In this document: piece after piece, positions 23,262 through 33,575 of the stretch
How the letters are laid out: each line of letters starts with the position of its first letter
How positions within the stretch are numbered: the first letter of the stretch is position 1
Assembly (NCBI GenBank): GCA_964489685.1
Contig: CAZAZR010000008.1
Location: forward strand, 1-52,684
Source of the DNA: an uncultured Solibacteraceae bacterium
GTDB taxonomy: Bacteria; Acidobacteriota; Vicinamibacteria; Vicinamibacterales; SCN-69-37
Direction of reading: 5' to 3'
Length of the DNA: 52,684 nucleotides
Notes under the pieces: generated by a model
Database searches by the model: none
Seen by the model: only the letters and a program-made list of their open reading frames with translations
Told to the model about the DNA's origin: nothing
Position numbers and translations under genes: made by a program

Positions 23262-24770
23262 TTAACTGACGCAACGCTCCCATTGAGGATTGAGGAGTGA
23301 GGAGTGAGGCGCAGGGTGTGACTTGGCGCCGAACGCGTACAGCGCCTCGACCGTGCGGATGTAGATGCGGCCGTCGGCCAACGCCGGCGTCGTGTACGTG
23401 TCTTCGCCGAGGTCGTTCACGATCAGCGGGGTCAGGTCGCCGCCCGGCGGCAACACGGCCACCGCGCCGCGCTCACTCACGAAATACAAGTGGCCGCCGG
23501 CCTCAACCGGCGACGAGTAATACGCGCCCAACGCGCCGGTCAACCGCCCCTGCTTGATCAACTCGCCGGTCTCCGGATTCAGGGTGGTCACAATGCCACC
23601 GTCATTCACCATGTAGAGGACGTTCTGGAACACGATGGGAGACGGCAACTGGGGCACGGCGCGCTGATACTTCCAGCGGACGGCCTTCTCGGTCATGTCA
23701 CCAGACCCGCCCAGTCGAATGGCCAGCATGCCGTTCTCTGAGTCGAGCGCGGCGCGGTAGTACTCCCACTCGTCTTTGGTCAGGCTGCCATTCAGATTCA
23801 GGTCGGCCACGGTGAACCAGAACGCCGCCGAATACTTCGGAAACTCCGGCTGGGTGATCACGCCGTCCTTGTTCGCGTCGGCAATGGGCCACACCTCGTC
23901 GGACGGCGGCACGTTCACTTTGCGGCCCGGGTCATTCTCGGGCGCGCCGTAGCCATTGATGTAAATGGTGTCGCCATGCACCACCGGCGTGGACTTGATC
24001 TCGAACGACAATCCGCGCACCCACCATCGTCTCTCACCGGTCATCACGTCGTACGCCGTCAATAGAAACGAGCCGGGCAGCAGGAGTTGGTCGCGACCGT
24101 CAGGCGCGCGCCAGAGAATGGGCGTGGCGTGACCGCTCTTGGCTTCGGGCCGCGGCGTCCGCCACAGTTCCTTGCCGGTGCGTTTGTCGAGCGACAGCAG
24201 GAACGACCCAATGCTCTGATCCACGGCCAGAATCAATTGGTTGCCGACAATGACCGGTGAGGCGCCCATGCCGTAGATGTTGTCGAACGGTCCGAGCGGC
24301 TTTTTCCACAATTCCTTGCCGGCGGCGTCGTAGGCCAGCAGTCCGTAGTCGGGAAAAAACACATAGACCCGATCGCGTTCAAGCGCAGGGCTGGGCGAAG
24401 CCGGGTTGTTTCGCTTGTCGAGAATGCGCGTCTTGGTTTCAGGCGCCTGACGCTCCCACAGCAGCGTGCCCGCCTGGCGGTCGATCGCCATGGTGAACAG
24501 CGCGTCGCCGCGAAATGCCGTGAGGTAGATCCGATCGTTCCAGATGATGGGCGACGAATGGCCCTGTGGCAGCGGCAGGCGCCACAACATGTTCTTCGTC
24601 TTGTTGAACTCGGTGGGAAAGCCGGAACCCGACGCGTGGCCCGATCCGTTCGGGCCGCGGAACCTGGTCCACTCGGTCTGAGACTGCTGGGCGGTCAACA
24701 CCGTGGCCGCCATGATCACGCCGATTGCGGCGAGGGCGCGCACGCCCCGCTTCGCGAGAAAGATGTACAT
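23262..24770 (-). CDS. PQQ-like beta-propeller (BamB-like) protein with EF-hand-like insert
   Basis: WTRFRGPNGSG, SSPII, repeated GKELW motifs, DANKDGVITQPE and DLNLNGSLTKDE; start estimated. Confidence 0.85.
   Translation of the reverse strand: MYIFLAKRGVRALAAIGVIMAATVLTAQQSQTEWTRFRGPNGSGHASGSGFPTEFNKTKNMLWRLPLPQGHSSPIIWNDRIYLTAFRGDALFTMAIDRQAGTLLWERQAPETKTRILDKRNNPASPSPALERDRVYVFFPDYGLLAYDAAGKELWKKPLGPFDNIYGMGASPVIVGNQLILAVDQSIGSFLLSLDKRTGKELWRTPRPEAKSGHATPILWRAPDGRDQLLLPGSFLLTAYDVMTGERRWWVRGLSFEIKSTPVVHGDTIYINGYGAPENDPGRKVNVPPSDEVWPIADANKDGVITQPEFPKYSAAFWFTVADLNLNGSLTKDEWEYYRAALDSENGMLAIRLGGSGDMTEKAVRWKYQRAVPQLPSPIVFQNVLYMVNDGGIVTTLNPETGELIKQGRLTGALGAYYSSPVEAGGHLYFVSERGAVAVLPPGGDLTPLIVNDLGEDTYTTPALADGRIYIRTVEALYAFGAKSHPAPHSSLLNPQWERCVS
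23283..23310. repeat. Heptamer tandem repeat (4 units)
   Basis: TTGAGGA TTGAGGA GTGAGGA GTGAGGC at the 3' end of the propeller gene. Confidence 0.6.
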
Positions 24771-24790
24771 ACGGCGGAGTATACGTCGGG

Positions 24791-27270
24791 TCAGTCGGTC
24801 CGAAGCACCTCGATCGGGTTGACCGAAACCGCACGGCGCGCCGGAACCATGGCGGAACCAATACCGACGACGATAAGTACCCCTGTCACAAACGCCAGGG
24901 CCCACGGGTCGGTTGGAGCCGTATCAAACAGCAGGGACGCGGCGGCAAACCCCGCCCCAATGCCGCCGGCAATACCCAGGGCAGCGCCCCATCCCACCAA
25001 TCGCGCCACCTGTCCCACCACCAGTCCCATCACTTGGCGGCGGCTGCCGCCAAGGGCGAGTCGAATGCCCATTTCCCTGTTGCGACTCACGACCCAGTGC
25101 GAGATGAGGCCAGACACGCCGATGACCGCTGCAATGAGCGCGCCCATCGCAAACACACCGACAAGAATCATCGCCCACCGTTGCGGAAACACCTCAATCG
25201 CCAGCAACTCATCCATCGTCTGCACCATGTACACCGGCTGATTCGGATCAAGTTCGGCGAGCGTGCGACGCACACCGGGGAGAAGCGCCGCTGCATCTCC
25301 GGAGGCACGGACCATCAGGAAGTCCGGCGTGAGAATGTCTCATTCACCAGGACCACTTGCGGGGCGCCCGCCCCGTCGCGATCTGTAAGGGGCCCCCCGG
25401 ATCGAAGCGGTGTCTTGAGAACGTCGGATCGGTGCGGACTGCCGACCGTCAGAAGCGTTGATACCGGCTTGGCGCTGTGGGCGCCAGCGCCGTCGATCGT
25501 GACAGGCACCGTGAAACCCGTCATGGTGGGCAGTTGATTGGTGGCAGCAGCGCCGGTCACACCGGGGATGGCCTCAAGCCTGGTCACGAGGCGCGTGAAG
25601 AAGGTTTCGGAAGCCGCTCCGGGATACCGCTGCGGATCGATGGTCAGCCGCATGGTCAGCATGTGGCTGGCGTCGAAGCCGGGTTCGATGGCTCCGATAC
25701 GGCCGTAACTGCGGAAGAAGAGGCTGGCGGCGACGAGGAGCGTGACGGCCAACGCCACTTCACTGACGATCAAGAGGCGCCGGCCTCGTTGCCGCGCGGA
25801 ACTGGCCGTGGCGCGAGCGGAGTCGGCCACCGAATCGGCTTCCGTCGTGTGCATGTGCCAGGCGGGAATGGCCATTGTGAGTACGGCCGCGGCGAGTCCG
25901 GCGAGCACGCAGTACAGGACAGCCGTCGCATCCCACCGCAGGTCAAGCCCAGCTGGGTGGCCTGCGCCGGCAGCACGGCGGGAAGCCGTCGCAGCGTGAA
26001 GTACGCGAGTGCCACTCCCGCAGCGGCGCCCGCACCGGCTAACCCCAGACTCTCGAACATCAACAACCCCACGAGGCGTCCTGGGCTTGCGCCAAGGGCC
26101 CGCCTGACGGCGAACTCGCGCTGGCGCGTCGCAAGGCGAGCGAGCATCAGGCTGGCGACATTCGCGCACGCCACCAGCAGCACGATGACGCCGGCGCCGA
26201 GGAGATCGCGCCAGCAGGCAGCAGATCGCCGACCACGGCTTCGCTCCAGGGGGCTGCGGCCAGCCGCCGATTGGCGTACTCGGGACACTCGGTCGCGTAG
26301 TTGGTCTTCGCACGAGCCGAGACGGTAGCAAGCGCGGCGTCAACGTCCTTGAGCGTCGCGCCGTCGCGCAGTCGGGCCAGCACCGTGCACGGACGCATGT
26401 TCCGCCTGAACTGATCCGGATCGATCCCCCAGGGAATCCACAAGTCTGTGTCGATGAGGGGCGAGCCGGCGCCGAGGACTCCGACCACCGTCGTGGCGTC
26501 GGTGTTCACCTGCACGGTCGTGCCGATGATCTCGGGATCACCGCCGAAAAGCCGTTGCCAGACGCGGTGCGTGATGATCGCCACTTTCGGTCCACCCGGA
26601 GCCAGTTCCTCCTGGGTGAAGCCGCGACCGGGCGTCATCGGTACGCCCAGCGCGGGGATCGGGTCGTGGAGAATCAGCGCGGTGAAGAAGCGCTCGGCCA
26701 CCGTGCCGTTCGACAGCACGCGATTGCCGAGGCCCAGGCCCCGAGTTTCTCGATCACGGGAATCGCGGCGAAGTCATTCACTTCGCCGGGCGAATGCTGT
26801 TCAACGAAATTGGGGTCGGTCCCCAGTGTGGGGAACGAGCCGCTGATGGAGATCAGGCGTGACGCGTCCGGATAGCTGAACGGATTCAGCACCAATCCGT
26901 TGACCAATCCGAAGACGACGCCGTTGGCGGCGATGGCCAGGGCCAGGGACAACACGGCAATCACGATGTATGACGGCTGCCGGAGCAACTGCCAGAGGCC
27001 AAATCGCAGGTCGTGCAACATCGCGGACATGAAGGACTCCCGGGAGGTGGGTGAAGGCGAAGGGCGAACGGCGGAGCCGAGTGGCCAGTGCACGAGGACC
27101 GCCGCGGCCTGACGCCAAGAGCGACGACGCGCCGCACGGGGGCCGAATCTTGAGTTGTTGGCCTGAAATTGTTCGTCGAGGTCGCCGAGGATGTGTTCGC
27201 GCAGCGCACACGGCGTCCAGTGTTCGACCAGGTATTGGGCGGCGCGCGGGGGTCTTGCGCCCGAAGTCAT
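24791..27270 (-). pseudogene. ADOP-family ABC permease pseudogene (several frameshifts)
   Basis: Consecutive fragments in different frames: prefix domain ILGDLDEQF, LALAIAANGVVF, LLVACANVASLMLAR...REFAVRRALGA, SEVALAVTLL, REMGIRLALG...VPARRAVSVNPIEVLRTD. Confidence 0.9.
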
Positions 27271-27593
27271 CCTTCGAACTCCCGGCCCAGACCGGCGGTC
27301 ATTCGGCGAATGGCCGCGAGCGATGATTTCAGAGCGCGCTGGCCCGGGGCCAGCATGCGATAGTGTTTTTTCCGTCGGCCGCCCCGCTCGGCCGTGGGCT
27401 CGCCGATGCGGCTGGCCACGTACCCTTTGTCTTGAAGGCGTTCGAGGGTTTTGTAGACGGCGGCCAGCGACACATCGCGGCCCGTCCGATCGACCAGGTC
27501 CCGGCACACCGAGACACCATAGGCGTCTGCCCCTTGTCGAACCAAGGCCAGGAGCACCAATTGTTCGAACTCGCCTATCGCCGGCTCAGTCAT
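27267..27593 (-). CDS. PadR-family transcriptional regulator
   Basis: GEFEQLVLLAL, AYGV, AVYKTLERLQDKG, GRRKKHY; overlaps the permease start. Confidence 0.92.
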   Translation of the reverse strand: MTEPAIGEFEQLVLLALVRQGADAYGVSVCRDLVDRTGRDVSLAAVYKTLERLQDKGYVASRIGEPTAERGGRRKKHYRMLAPGQRALKSSLAAIRRMTAGLGREFEG

Positions 27594-27604
27594 GGCCGAT
27601 ATCT

Positions 27605-27617
27605 TAGACGATGTCTA
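27605..27617. promoter_or_regulatory. Palindrome TAGAC-N3-GTCTA, putative PadR operator
   Basis: Perfect 5-bp arms about 12 bp upstream of the padR start. Confidence 0.5.
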
Positions 27618-27636
27618 TTAAATAAGGTTACCCACC

Positions 27637-27661
27637 CGCGCGCTTGAGACTCAGCGCGCGC
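27637..27661. terminator. GC-rich hairpin downstream of TolB-like gene
   Basis: CGCGCGCTTGAG ac TCAGCGCGCG, imperfect stem. Confidence 0.4.
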
Positions 27662-27673
27662 TACGTCATCTGA

Positions 27674-28750
27674 TTACCACTTCCAGTCGGCGATAAAGAC
27701 GTTCGTATCGCCTTCCTTGGCGCCGAAGCGATTTGAGGCGAAGACGAGCTTGGTGCCGTCGGGCGAGAACATCGGAAAGCCGTCGAAAGAGTCGCTGAAG
27801 GTGACCTGTTCCAGGCCGGTGCCGTCCACGTTGACCAGGAAGACATCGAAATTGCGTGACCGGGGGTCGTGATGGTTCGACGCAAAGATGATCTTCGTGC
27901 CGTCGGGTGAGAAGAAGGGCGCAAAACTCGCCTTGCCGAGATTGGTGACCTGCCGCGGATTGCTCCCATCACGGTTCATGACAAAGAGTTCGACAGACGT
28001 CGGCTTCCATAGTGCCTTCTTGAGTAGCGAGAAATACTCGTCGAGCTCGGCACCGGGCCCCGGGTGCCGGCCACGCCAGACGATCTGCTTGCCGTCAGCC
28101 GACACAAACGGCCCGCCGTCCGGCCCGGGCATGTTGGTGAGACGCTTGACGTTTGTGCCGTCGCCATTCATGGAGTAGACCTCCATGTCGCCGTCGCGGA
28201 CGCTCGTAAACACGATGCCGCCGTCCTTGGCAATCGTGGCCTCGGCGTCATACCCGGGCGTCTTCGTGAGCTGAACGGCATTCGATCCGTCAATGTTCGC
28301 CTTGAAGATGTCGTAGCTGTCGTAGACGGCCCACACGTAACCGTTTTCCATGCCCGGCCGCGGCGGACAAGGCGGACCTCCGAGGTGCGTGGATCCGTAC
28401 AGGATGGACTTGTTGTCGGGGTAGATGTACGCGCACGTCGTGGCGCCCTGGCCGTTGCTGACTCGGCGTCGGTCCGAACCATCCAGTCGCATCGTGTAGA
28501 TCTGATCGCACTGCTCGGCGCCGTCCATGCTCTGGAAACTGATGCGGCTGCCATCGGCGGAGAAATACGCCTCGGCGTTCTGGCCGCTCTTGGTGAGCTG
28601 TCTGATGTTGCTCAGGTGCGGCTCGGCCTTCGTTGGGCCGGGCGTCGGCCCGGGAGTGCCGGCCCCGCGCTGGGCCGAAGAAGCCAGGAGGGCGGCAGGA
28701 ATGGCCAGGACAACCGCGACACGAATGAGGGCAGAGGGCGTTGCGTGCAT
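27674..28750 (-). CDS. TolB-like PD40 beta-propeller protein
   Basis: Signal peptide; NAEAYFSADG, APFFSPDG and FPMFSPDG repeats. Confidence 0.9.
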   Translation of the reverse strand: MHATPSALIRVAVVLAIPAALLASSAQRGAGTPGPTPGPTKAEPHLSNIRQLTKSGQNAEAYFSADGSRISFQSMDGAEQCDQIYTMRLDGSDRRRVSNGQGATTCAYIYPDNKSILYGSTHLGGPPCPPRPGMENGYVWAVYDSYDIFKANIDGSNAVQLTKTPGYDAEATIAKDGGIVFTSVRDGDMEVYSMNGDGTNVKRLTNMPGPDGGPFVSADGKQIVWRGRHPGPGAELDEYFSLLKKALWKPTSVELFVMNRDGSNPRQVTNLGKASFAPFFSPDGTKIIFASNHHDPRSRNFDVFLVNVDGTGLEQVTFSDSFDGFPMFSPDGTKLVFASNRFGAKEGDTNVFIADWKW

Positions 28751-29039
28751 GGCCGGATCATAGCAAGACGAGGCGGCCGTGTCTCCACTATGCGGGACCC
28801 ACCATGCGGGACGAGAGGAGTCCTATCGTCGGTGTCGGCTTGCGCGAGCGACCGCTGCCTCGAACGCCGGCAGCAGGTCGTCTTGCGCCAGTGCCGATTC
28901 GAGAACGCTCAGGGCGCACGTCGTGAACTGTAACCCGCCCGATGGACTGCCCGGTCTGCGGAGGCTCTGCTCGGGCCGGCCTCAGTCACGCGCGTGGCAT
29001 GGCTGGCTGCCCGACGCGGTGGCCGCTGTTGGCGTCCGA

Positions 29040-30878
29040 TCAGCGGGGGGTCGCCGCCTTCACCGTCGCAATCCACCGGTCCACCCGCTGCTCGAGGATC
29101 GTCAGCGGCATCGCCCCGCCGCCGAGCACGGTGTCGTGGAACGCGCGAATATCGAATTTCGTATCGAGAGCCGCTTCCGCCTTGCGACGCAACTCCTGAA
29201 TCTTCAGCATGCCGATCTTGTAGCTGGTGGCCTGACCGGGCAGGACCATGTAGCGGCGCACTTCAGATTGCGCCTGAAGTTCGGTGATGGCGCTGTTGGC
29301 CATGAAGTACTGCACCGCCTGCTCCTGGGTCCAGCCTTTGGCGTGCAGTCCCGTATCGACGACCAGACGGATGGCGCGCCACATCTCTGAACCAAGCCGG
29401 CCGAATCGTGAGTACGGATCCAGATAGGTACCCGGCATCTGCGTGGCGAGCCATTCCGAGTACAGGCCCCACCCTTCGCTGTAGGCCGTGAAGCCGGCCT
29501 GCGTACGGAAGGTCGGAATGCCCTTCAACTCCTGCGCGATGGAAATCTGCATGTGATGGCCGGGCAAGCCCTCGTGATAGGCAATCACTTCGAGTTCACG
29601 CTTCGGCATCGACGCCATATCGGACAAGTGCGCGTAGTACACGCCTGGTCGCGCGCCATCCGGCGTGCCGGGAAAGTAGTGCTGCGCCGCGCCGGGCTGT
29701 TCACGGAACGGCTCGACGCGTTTGACGACGAGGTCGGCCTTCGGGAGGATGCCGAAGTACGTCGGCAACACGCCCTTGATCTTGTCGATGGCCGCGGTCG
29801 CGTCCTTGATGTAGGCCTGCCGGCCCTCGTCGGTGTCGGGATAGTAGTAGAGCGGATTGTTTTTGTTGTCGCGGAGCTCGGCGAAGAACGCCTGGAGCTC
29901 GCCTTTGAACCCGACCTCGTCCTTGACCGCCATCATCTCTGCGCGCAGGCGAGCCACTTCGGTCAGGCCCACCTTGTGAATCTCATCCGGCGTCAAGGTC
30001 GTCGTCGTCTGATTGGCGAGCCGCTCCCTGTAGTACGCGGCGCCGTTGGGCAGGGAGCCCACGCCCGACGTTTTCTCGGGCGCCTTGGCCATGTCGTCTT
30101 TTTGCCAGGCGATCAGGTCGGCATAGGCCGCCTTGAAGGGGCCTGTCAGCGCCGTCCGCGCGGCCGCGAGCAGGCCCTTCGCTCGGGCCTCATCAATCTT
30201 GCTGTTCTTCTGAAGCGCCTCGATTTTGGTCTTGGTGTCCGCCCAGACCGCGCTGTCCGTGCCGGTCTCGTCGAACGGCGCGCCGGTGATAATTTTCGTG
30301 GCCTCATCGATGACGAACCCGTAGGCAAATTTTGGCGGTCGCACGCCTTCGGTGGCGTTGTGCTTCGAGATTTCGATCAACTGGCGAATGGCGCGACCCG
30401 ACTCGCTGATTCGCTTGATGTACGCGTCCATGTCCGCGCCGTCTTCCACGACGTGGAAGGCAATCAGCAATTGTGGGAAAACCCCATGGATCGCGGTCAT
30501 CTGATCGAAGACGTAGCCATTGTGGCGGAACGGGACGGCCGCTTCGGCCTGCGCCAGCTGGTAGGCCCAGATGTCATAGGACGACTGCGCTTCGGGCGTG
30601 AGCCTGGCGTAGTCGAACATCTTCTTCATCTCCGCCACCGTGGCGCGCTGCCAGGCCAGTTGTTTGTCCTGCGCCGCGATCGACGGGTCATCGATCGCGT
30701 CGGACTTGCGGCCCAGAAACGTCTGCTGAATCGGGCTGAAGGCCAGTTGCTCTTCGAAGCGGGCTTCGAACCAGGCGTTGAGGCGTGCCGTTTCGTCGGC
30801 CACCTGCGTCTGCGCCAGGGGCACGCTCGACGCAAGGAGCGCGCAGCCGGCCAGGGTGCTCAGGAGAAATCGTGTCAT
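29040..30878 (-). CDS. DUF885-family secreted protein
   Basis: YHEGLPGHH, YSEGWGLYSE, RAIRLVVDTGLH, PGQATSYKIG. Confidence 0.9.
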   Translation of the reverse strand: MTRFLLSTLAGCALLASSVPLAQTQVADETARLNAWFEARFEEQLAFSPIQQTFLGRKSDAIDDPSIAAQDKQLAWQRATVAEMKKMFDYARLTPEAQSSYDIWAYQLAQAEAAVPFRHNGYVFDQMTAIHGVFPQLLIAFHVVEDGADMDAYIKRISESGRAIRQLIEISKHNATEGVRPPKFAYGFVIDEATKIITGAPFDETGTDSAVWADTKTKIEALQKNSKIDEARAKGLLAAARTALTGPFKAAYADLIAWQKDDMAKAPEKTSGVGSLPNGAAYYRERLANQTTTTLTPDEIHKVGLTEVARLRAEMMAVKDEVGFKGELQAFFAELRDNKNNPLYYYPDTDEGRQAYIKDATAAIDKIKGVLPTYFGILPKADLVVKRVEPFREQPGAAQHYFPGTPDGARPGVYYAHLSDMASMPKRELEVIAYHEGLPGHHMQISIAQELKGIPTFRTQAGFTAYSEGWGLYSEWLATQMPGTYLDPYSRFGRLGSEMWRAIRLVVDTGLHAKGWTQEQAVQYFMANSAITELQAQSEVRRYMVLPGQATSYKIGMLKIQELRRKAEAALDTKFDIRAFHDTVLGGGAMPLTILEQRVDRWIATVKAATPR

Positions 30879-30937
30879 GCGCCGAGGATACCATCCGGTC
30901 GAACAGGCCTCTGACGCTTGGTAGAACCTGGTTGACT

Positions 30938-30979
30938 ATGAGCACTTATAGTGCTCAAATGAGCACTTATTATGCTCAA
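30938..30979. promoter_or_regulatory. Two tandem 21-bp palindromic operators
   Basis: ATGAGCACTTATAGTGCTCAA and ATGAGCACTTATTATGCTCAA directly after TTGACT; the second copy covers the ATG at 30972. Confidence 0.75.
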
Positions 30980-31307
30980 GATAACATCGAGCCCATTTGG
31001 TAGCGGCACCCGCACGCGCATCCTGCTCGCCCTGCGAATTTTGGCGACCAGCTATCCCAGGGAAATCGCCAGGCTGCTGAATGTCCAGATCTCAGCCGTG
31101 CGCAAGGCGCTGATCAGTCTGGAGGCCGATGGACTGGTGACGGCACGCTCAGTCGGTCGCACGCGGCAATACCAGTTGAACCCAGGATTCATCGCACGTG
31201 ATGAACTCCGCAGCATGCTCGCGAAGCTGGCAGACGCCGATGCCGAGTTACGGGCGCGGACCGCGGCATTGCGCCGACGCCCGCGCAAGACCGGCAAGCC
31301 GCTGTGA
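30972..31307 (+). CDS. Winged-helix (ArsR-like) regulator, putative antitoxin
   Basis: FGSGTRTRILL, YPREIARLL, LEADGLV, GRTRQYQLN. Confidence 0.8.
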   Translation: MLKITSSPFGSGTRTRILLALRILATSYPREIARLLNVQISAVRKALISLEADGLVTARSVGRTRQYQLNPGFIARDELRSMLAKLADADAELRARTAALRRRPRKTGKPL

Positions 31308-31846
31308 CCGTGTCTCACTCGCCCGGCGGACCACTCGTCGCCCTTGCGCTCACCGTAGGTGCCGCGCTCCACCGCGCCGGGATCCGCGCCGTCCTGACCG
31401 GAGGGGCATGCGCGGCGATGTACACAGACGGTGCGTACGTCTCCCAGGACATCGACTTCATCATCCAGAGCGCCCCGACACAGGCCGCGCTCGACACAGC
31501 GATGGCATCAATCGGATTCACGCGTGGTGGCGACCGATACGTCAACCCAGCCACGAACTTCTACGTCGAGTTTCCACCGGGCCCGCTGGCCGTTGGCGCA
31601 GAGGCTGCGACACCGATCGAGATCACCGGCCCTGCCGGTACGCTACTGACCTTGTCAGCCACGGACATGGCCAAAGACCGACTCGCGGCCTATCTCCACT
31701 GGCACGATCAGCAAAGCCTCGAACTCGCCGTCCACATCGCGAGGCTGAATGACGTCGATATGGCCGAGATCAAGCGATGGAGCCGCCGCGAAGGCGCGCA
31801 GGAAGAATTCGAAGCGTTCAGACGTCACGCCCTGCGGATTGTTTAG
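31304..31846 (+). CDS. Nucleotidyltransferase-fold protein, putative toxin
   Basis: VLTGGACA...SQDIDF Pol-beta-like motif; GTGA overlap with the HTH gene. Confidence 0.7.
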   Translation: MTVSHSPGGPLVALALTVGAALHRAGIRAVLTGGACAAMYTDGAYVSQDIDFIIQSAPTQAALDTAMASIGFTRGGDRYVNPATNFYVEFPPGPLAVGAEAATPIEITGPAGTLLTLSATDMAKDRLAAYLHWHDQQSLELAVHIARLNDVDMAEIKRWSRREGAQEEFEAFRRHALRIV

Positions 31847-33465
31847 CGACCGCCCAGATACTGTACTGCGCAGTGTGCGCCGTCGATGGCCGCACTCATG
31901 ATGCCGCCGGCACTGCCCGCCCCTTCCCCCATGGGATAGAGGTTCTCGAAGCCCTCAGCCACCGAGGTCTCGCGGTCACGCGGCAGTCGGATGGGTCCGG
32001 AGCTGCGCGACTCGAGTCCGACGAGTAACCCTTCTGCGGACTTGAAACCGGGAATCTGCTGGTCGTATTTGAGGAGCGCGCGGGCGATCGCCTTGCGAGC
32101 GAGCGGTGGCAACAAAGAGTCGATGCGGCCGGGTGTTGTACCGAACGTATAGCTGGAATGGCGTGTGGCCGACGAGGGCCGTCCTGCCACGAAGTCATCC
32201 GCACCCTGGGCAGGCGCCGTGTAGTCGGACCCTCCGGCCTCAAAAAATTTCCGTTCCAGCGTCTCCTGAAACTCAACCCCGGCAAACGGACCAGGACCGT
32301 ACTCGGCGGGGCCGAACGTGGTGACCAACGCGGCGTTCGCCCACGGCGATGAATGGGTGGAGTTGCTCATGCCGTTGGTACACAGCAGTCCCGGGATGTT
32401 GGTGCTGGACACGATCGTGCCACCCGGGCACATGCAGAACGAAAAACTCGCGGGCACGTCGCCCTCCGCCTTGCAAATCAGGTTGTAGGAGGCGGGCCCA
32501 AGAATCACGGCCTCGCGCCCCGTGCCGTAGCGTCCGCGCGTAATCAGTTCCTGCGGGTGTTCGATGCGCACACCGAGCTGAAAGGGCTTCGCCGCCACCC
32601 GAACACCCTGGGCGTGGAGTCCCTTGATGGTGTCTCGCGCGCTGTGGCCCACCGCCAGGAACACCGCGTCGCACGGGATCTCGCCCTGAGACGTTCGTAC
32701 CGCGCGCACGCGCTCCGGCGCCCCGCCATCGAGCACCAGACCATCCAGTCTGGTGTTCCAATGAAACCGGACGCCGAGCGCTTCCATGCGTCCTCGCAAC
32801 ACGGGCAGGATCTTGTGGAGCCGGTCGGTACCGATGTGGGCGCGTGAATCGTAGAGAATGTCCGGCGGCGCGCCGCAAGCCACGAGGATCTCGAGGCACG
32901 GGACCTCCAGCGGGTCATCCACGCGTGTATACAACTTGCCGTCGGAGTAGGTGCCGGCCCCGCCCTCACCAAACAACAGGTTGGACTCGGGGTTGGGCAC
33001 CCGCGTGCGGTGGAACCGCACCACGTCCTTGCCACGCGCCTTCAGCTCAGCGCCGCGGTCAATCAGGTCCACGGCCACGCCGTTCAGACCCAGCACCAGC
33101 GCCGCGTACAACCCGGCGGGACCGGAACCGACGACAACCGCGCGCGTTCCTGCGCGCGTCGTGCCCGCGACGGCAAAACTGCCAGCCTGCGGCGCATCGA
33201 TGACCTTGCCCGAACGAACCGCCGCCTCAAACCGCTCGCCCCGGTACGTGTCGTCGATCACCAGGTCGGCATGCACGATAAAACGCAGTCGCCGTTCCTT
33301 GCCGTGGCGACGCGCGTCCACCGATCGTCGCGCGATGCGACATCCCCGGACACGACCCGGATCAATACCGGCAGCGCGAGCCGCACGATCACGCAACTGG
33401 CTCTCCGGGTCATCGACGCGCATCTCAATATTGAGGACCCGCCATGTGCGTGCAGTCGTGGTCAT
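31843..33465 (-). CDS. FAD/NAD(P)-dependent oxidoreductase
   Basis: GSGPAG, FGEGGAGTYSDGKL, HIGTD, FCMCPGG, GEGAGSAGGIMSAA. Confidence 0.9.
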   Translation of the reverse strand: MTTTARTWRVLNIEMRVDDPESQLRDRAARAAGIDPGRVRGCRIARRSVDARRHGKERRLRFIVHADLVIDDTYRGERFEAAVRSGKVIDAPQAGSFAVAGTTRAGTRAVVVGSGPAGLYAALVLGLNGVAVDLIDRGAELKARGKDVVRFHRTRVPNPESNLLFGEGGAGTYSDGKLYTRVDDPLEVPCLEILVACGAPPDILYDSRAHIGTDRLHKILPVLRGRMEALGVRFHWNTRLDGLVLDGGAPERVRAVRTSQGEIPCDAVFLAVGHSARDTIKGLHAQGVRVAAKPFQLGVRIEHPQELITRGRYGTGREAVILGPASYNLICKAEGDVPASFSFCMCPGGTIVSSTNIPGLLCTNGMSNSTHSSPWANAALVTTFGPAEYGPGPFAGVEFQETLERKFFEAGGSDYTAPAQGADDFVAGRPSSATRHSSYTFGTTPGRIDSLLPPLARKAIARALLKYDQQIPGFKSAEGLLVGLESRSSGPIRLPRDRETSVAEGFENLYPMGEGAGSAGGIMSAAIDGAHCAVQYLGGR

Positions 33466-33545
33466 CGCCGTGCACGCAGACTATCACCGGCCACCATCAG
33501 GTAGATGGCTGTCCACGCCGGTAACGTGCAATTGGTGACAGCGTC

Positions 33546-33560
33546 TGGCACGACCATTGA
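33546..33560 (+). promoter_or_regulatory. Possible sigma54 promoter
   Basis: TGGCAC-GACCA-TTGA (-24/-12; A instead of C at -12) upstream of the barrel gene. Confidence 0.45.
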
Positions 33561-33575
33561 AAGAGACTGAGATCC

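Noticed and set aside
28780-29035. Intergenic region with an ATGCGGGAC direct repeat and a protein-like minus-strand fragment
   Set aside because: Too short and unassignable; no RNA family recognised.
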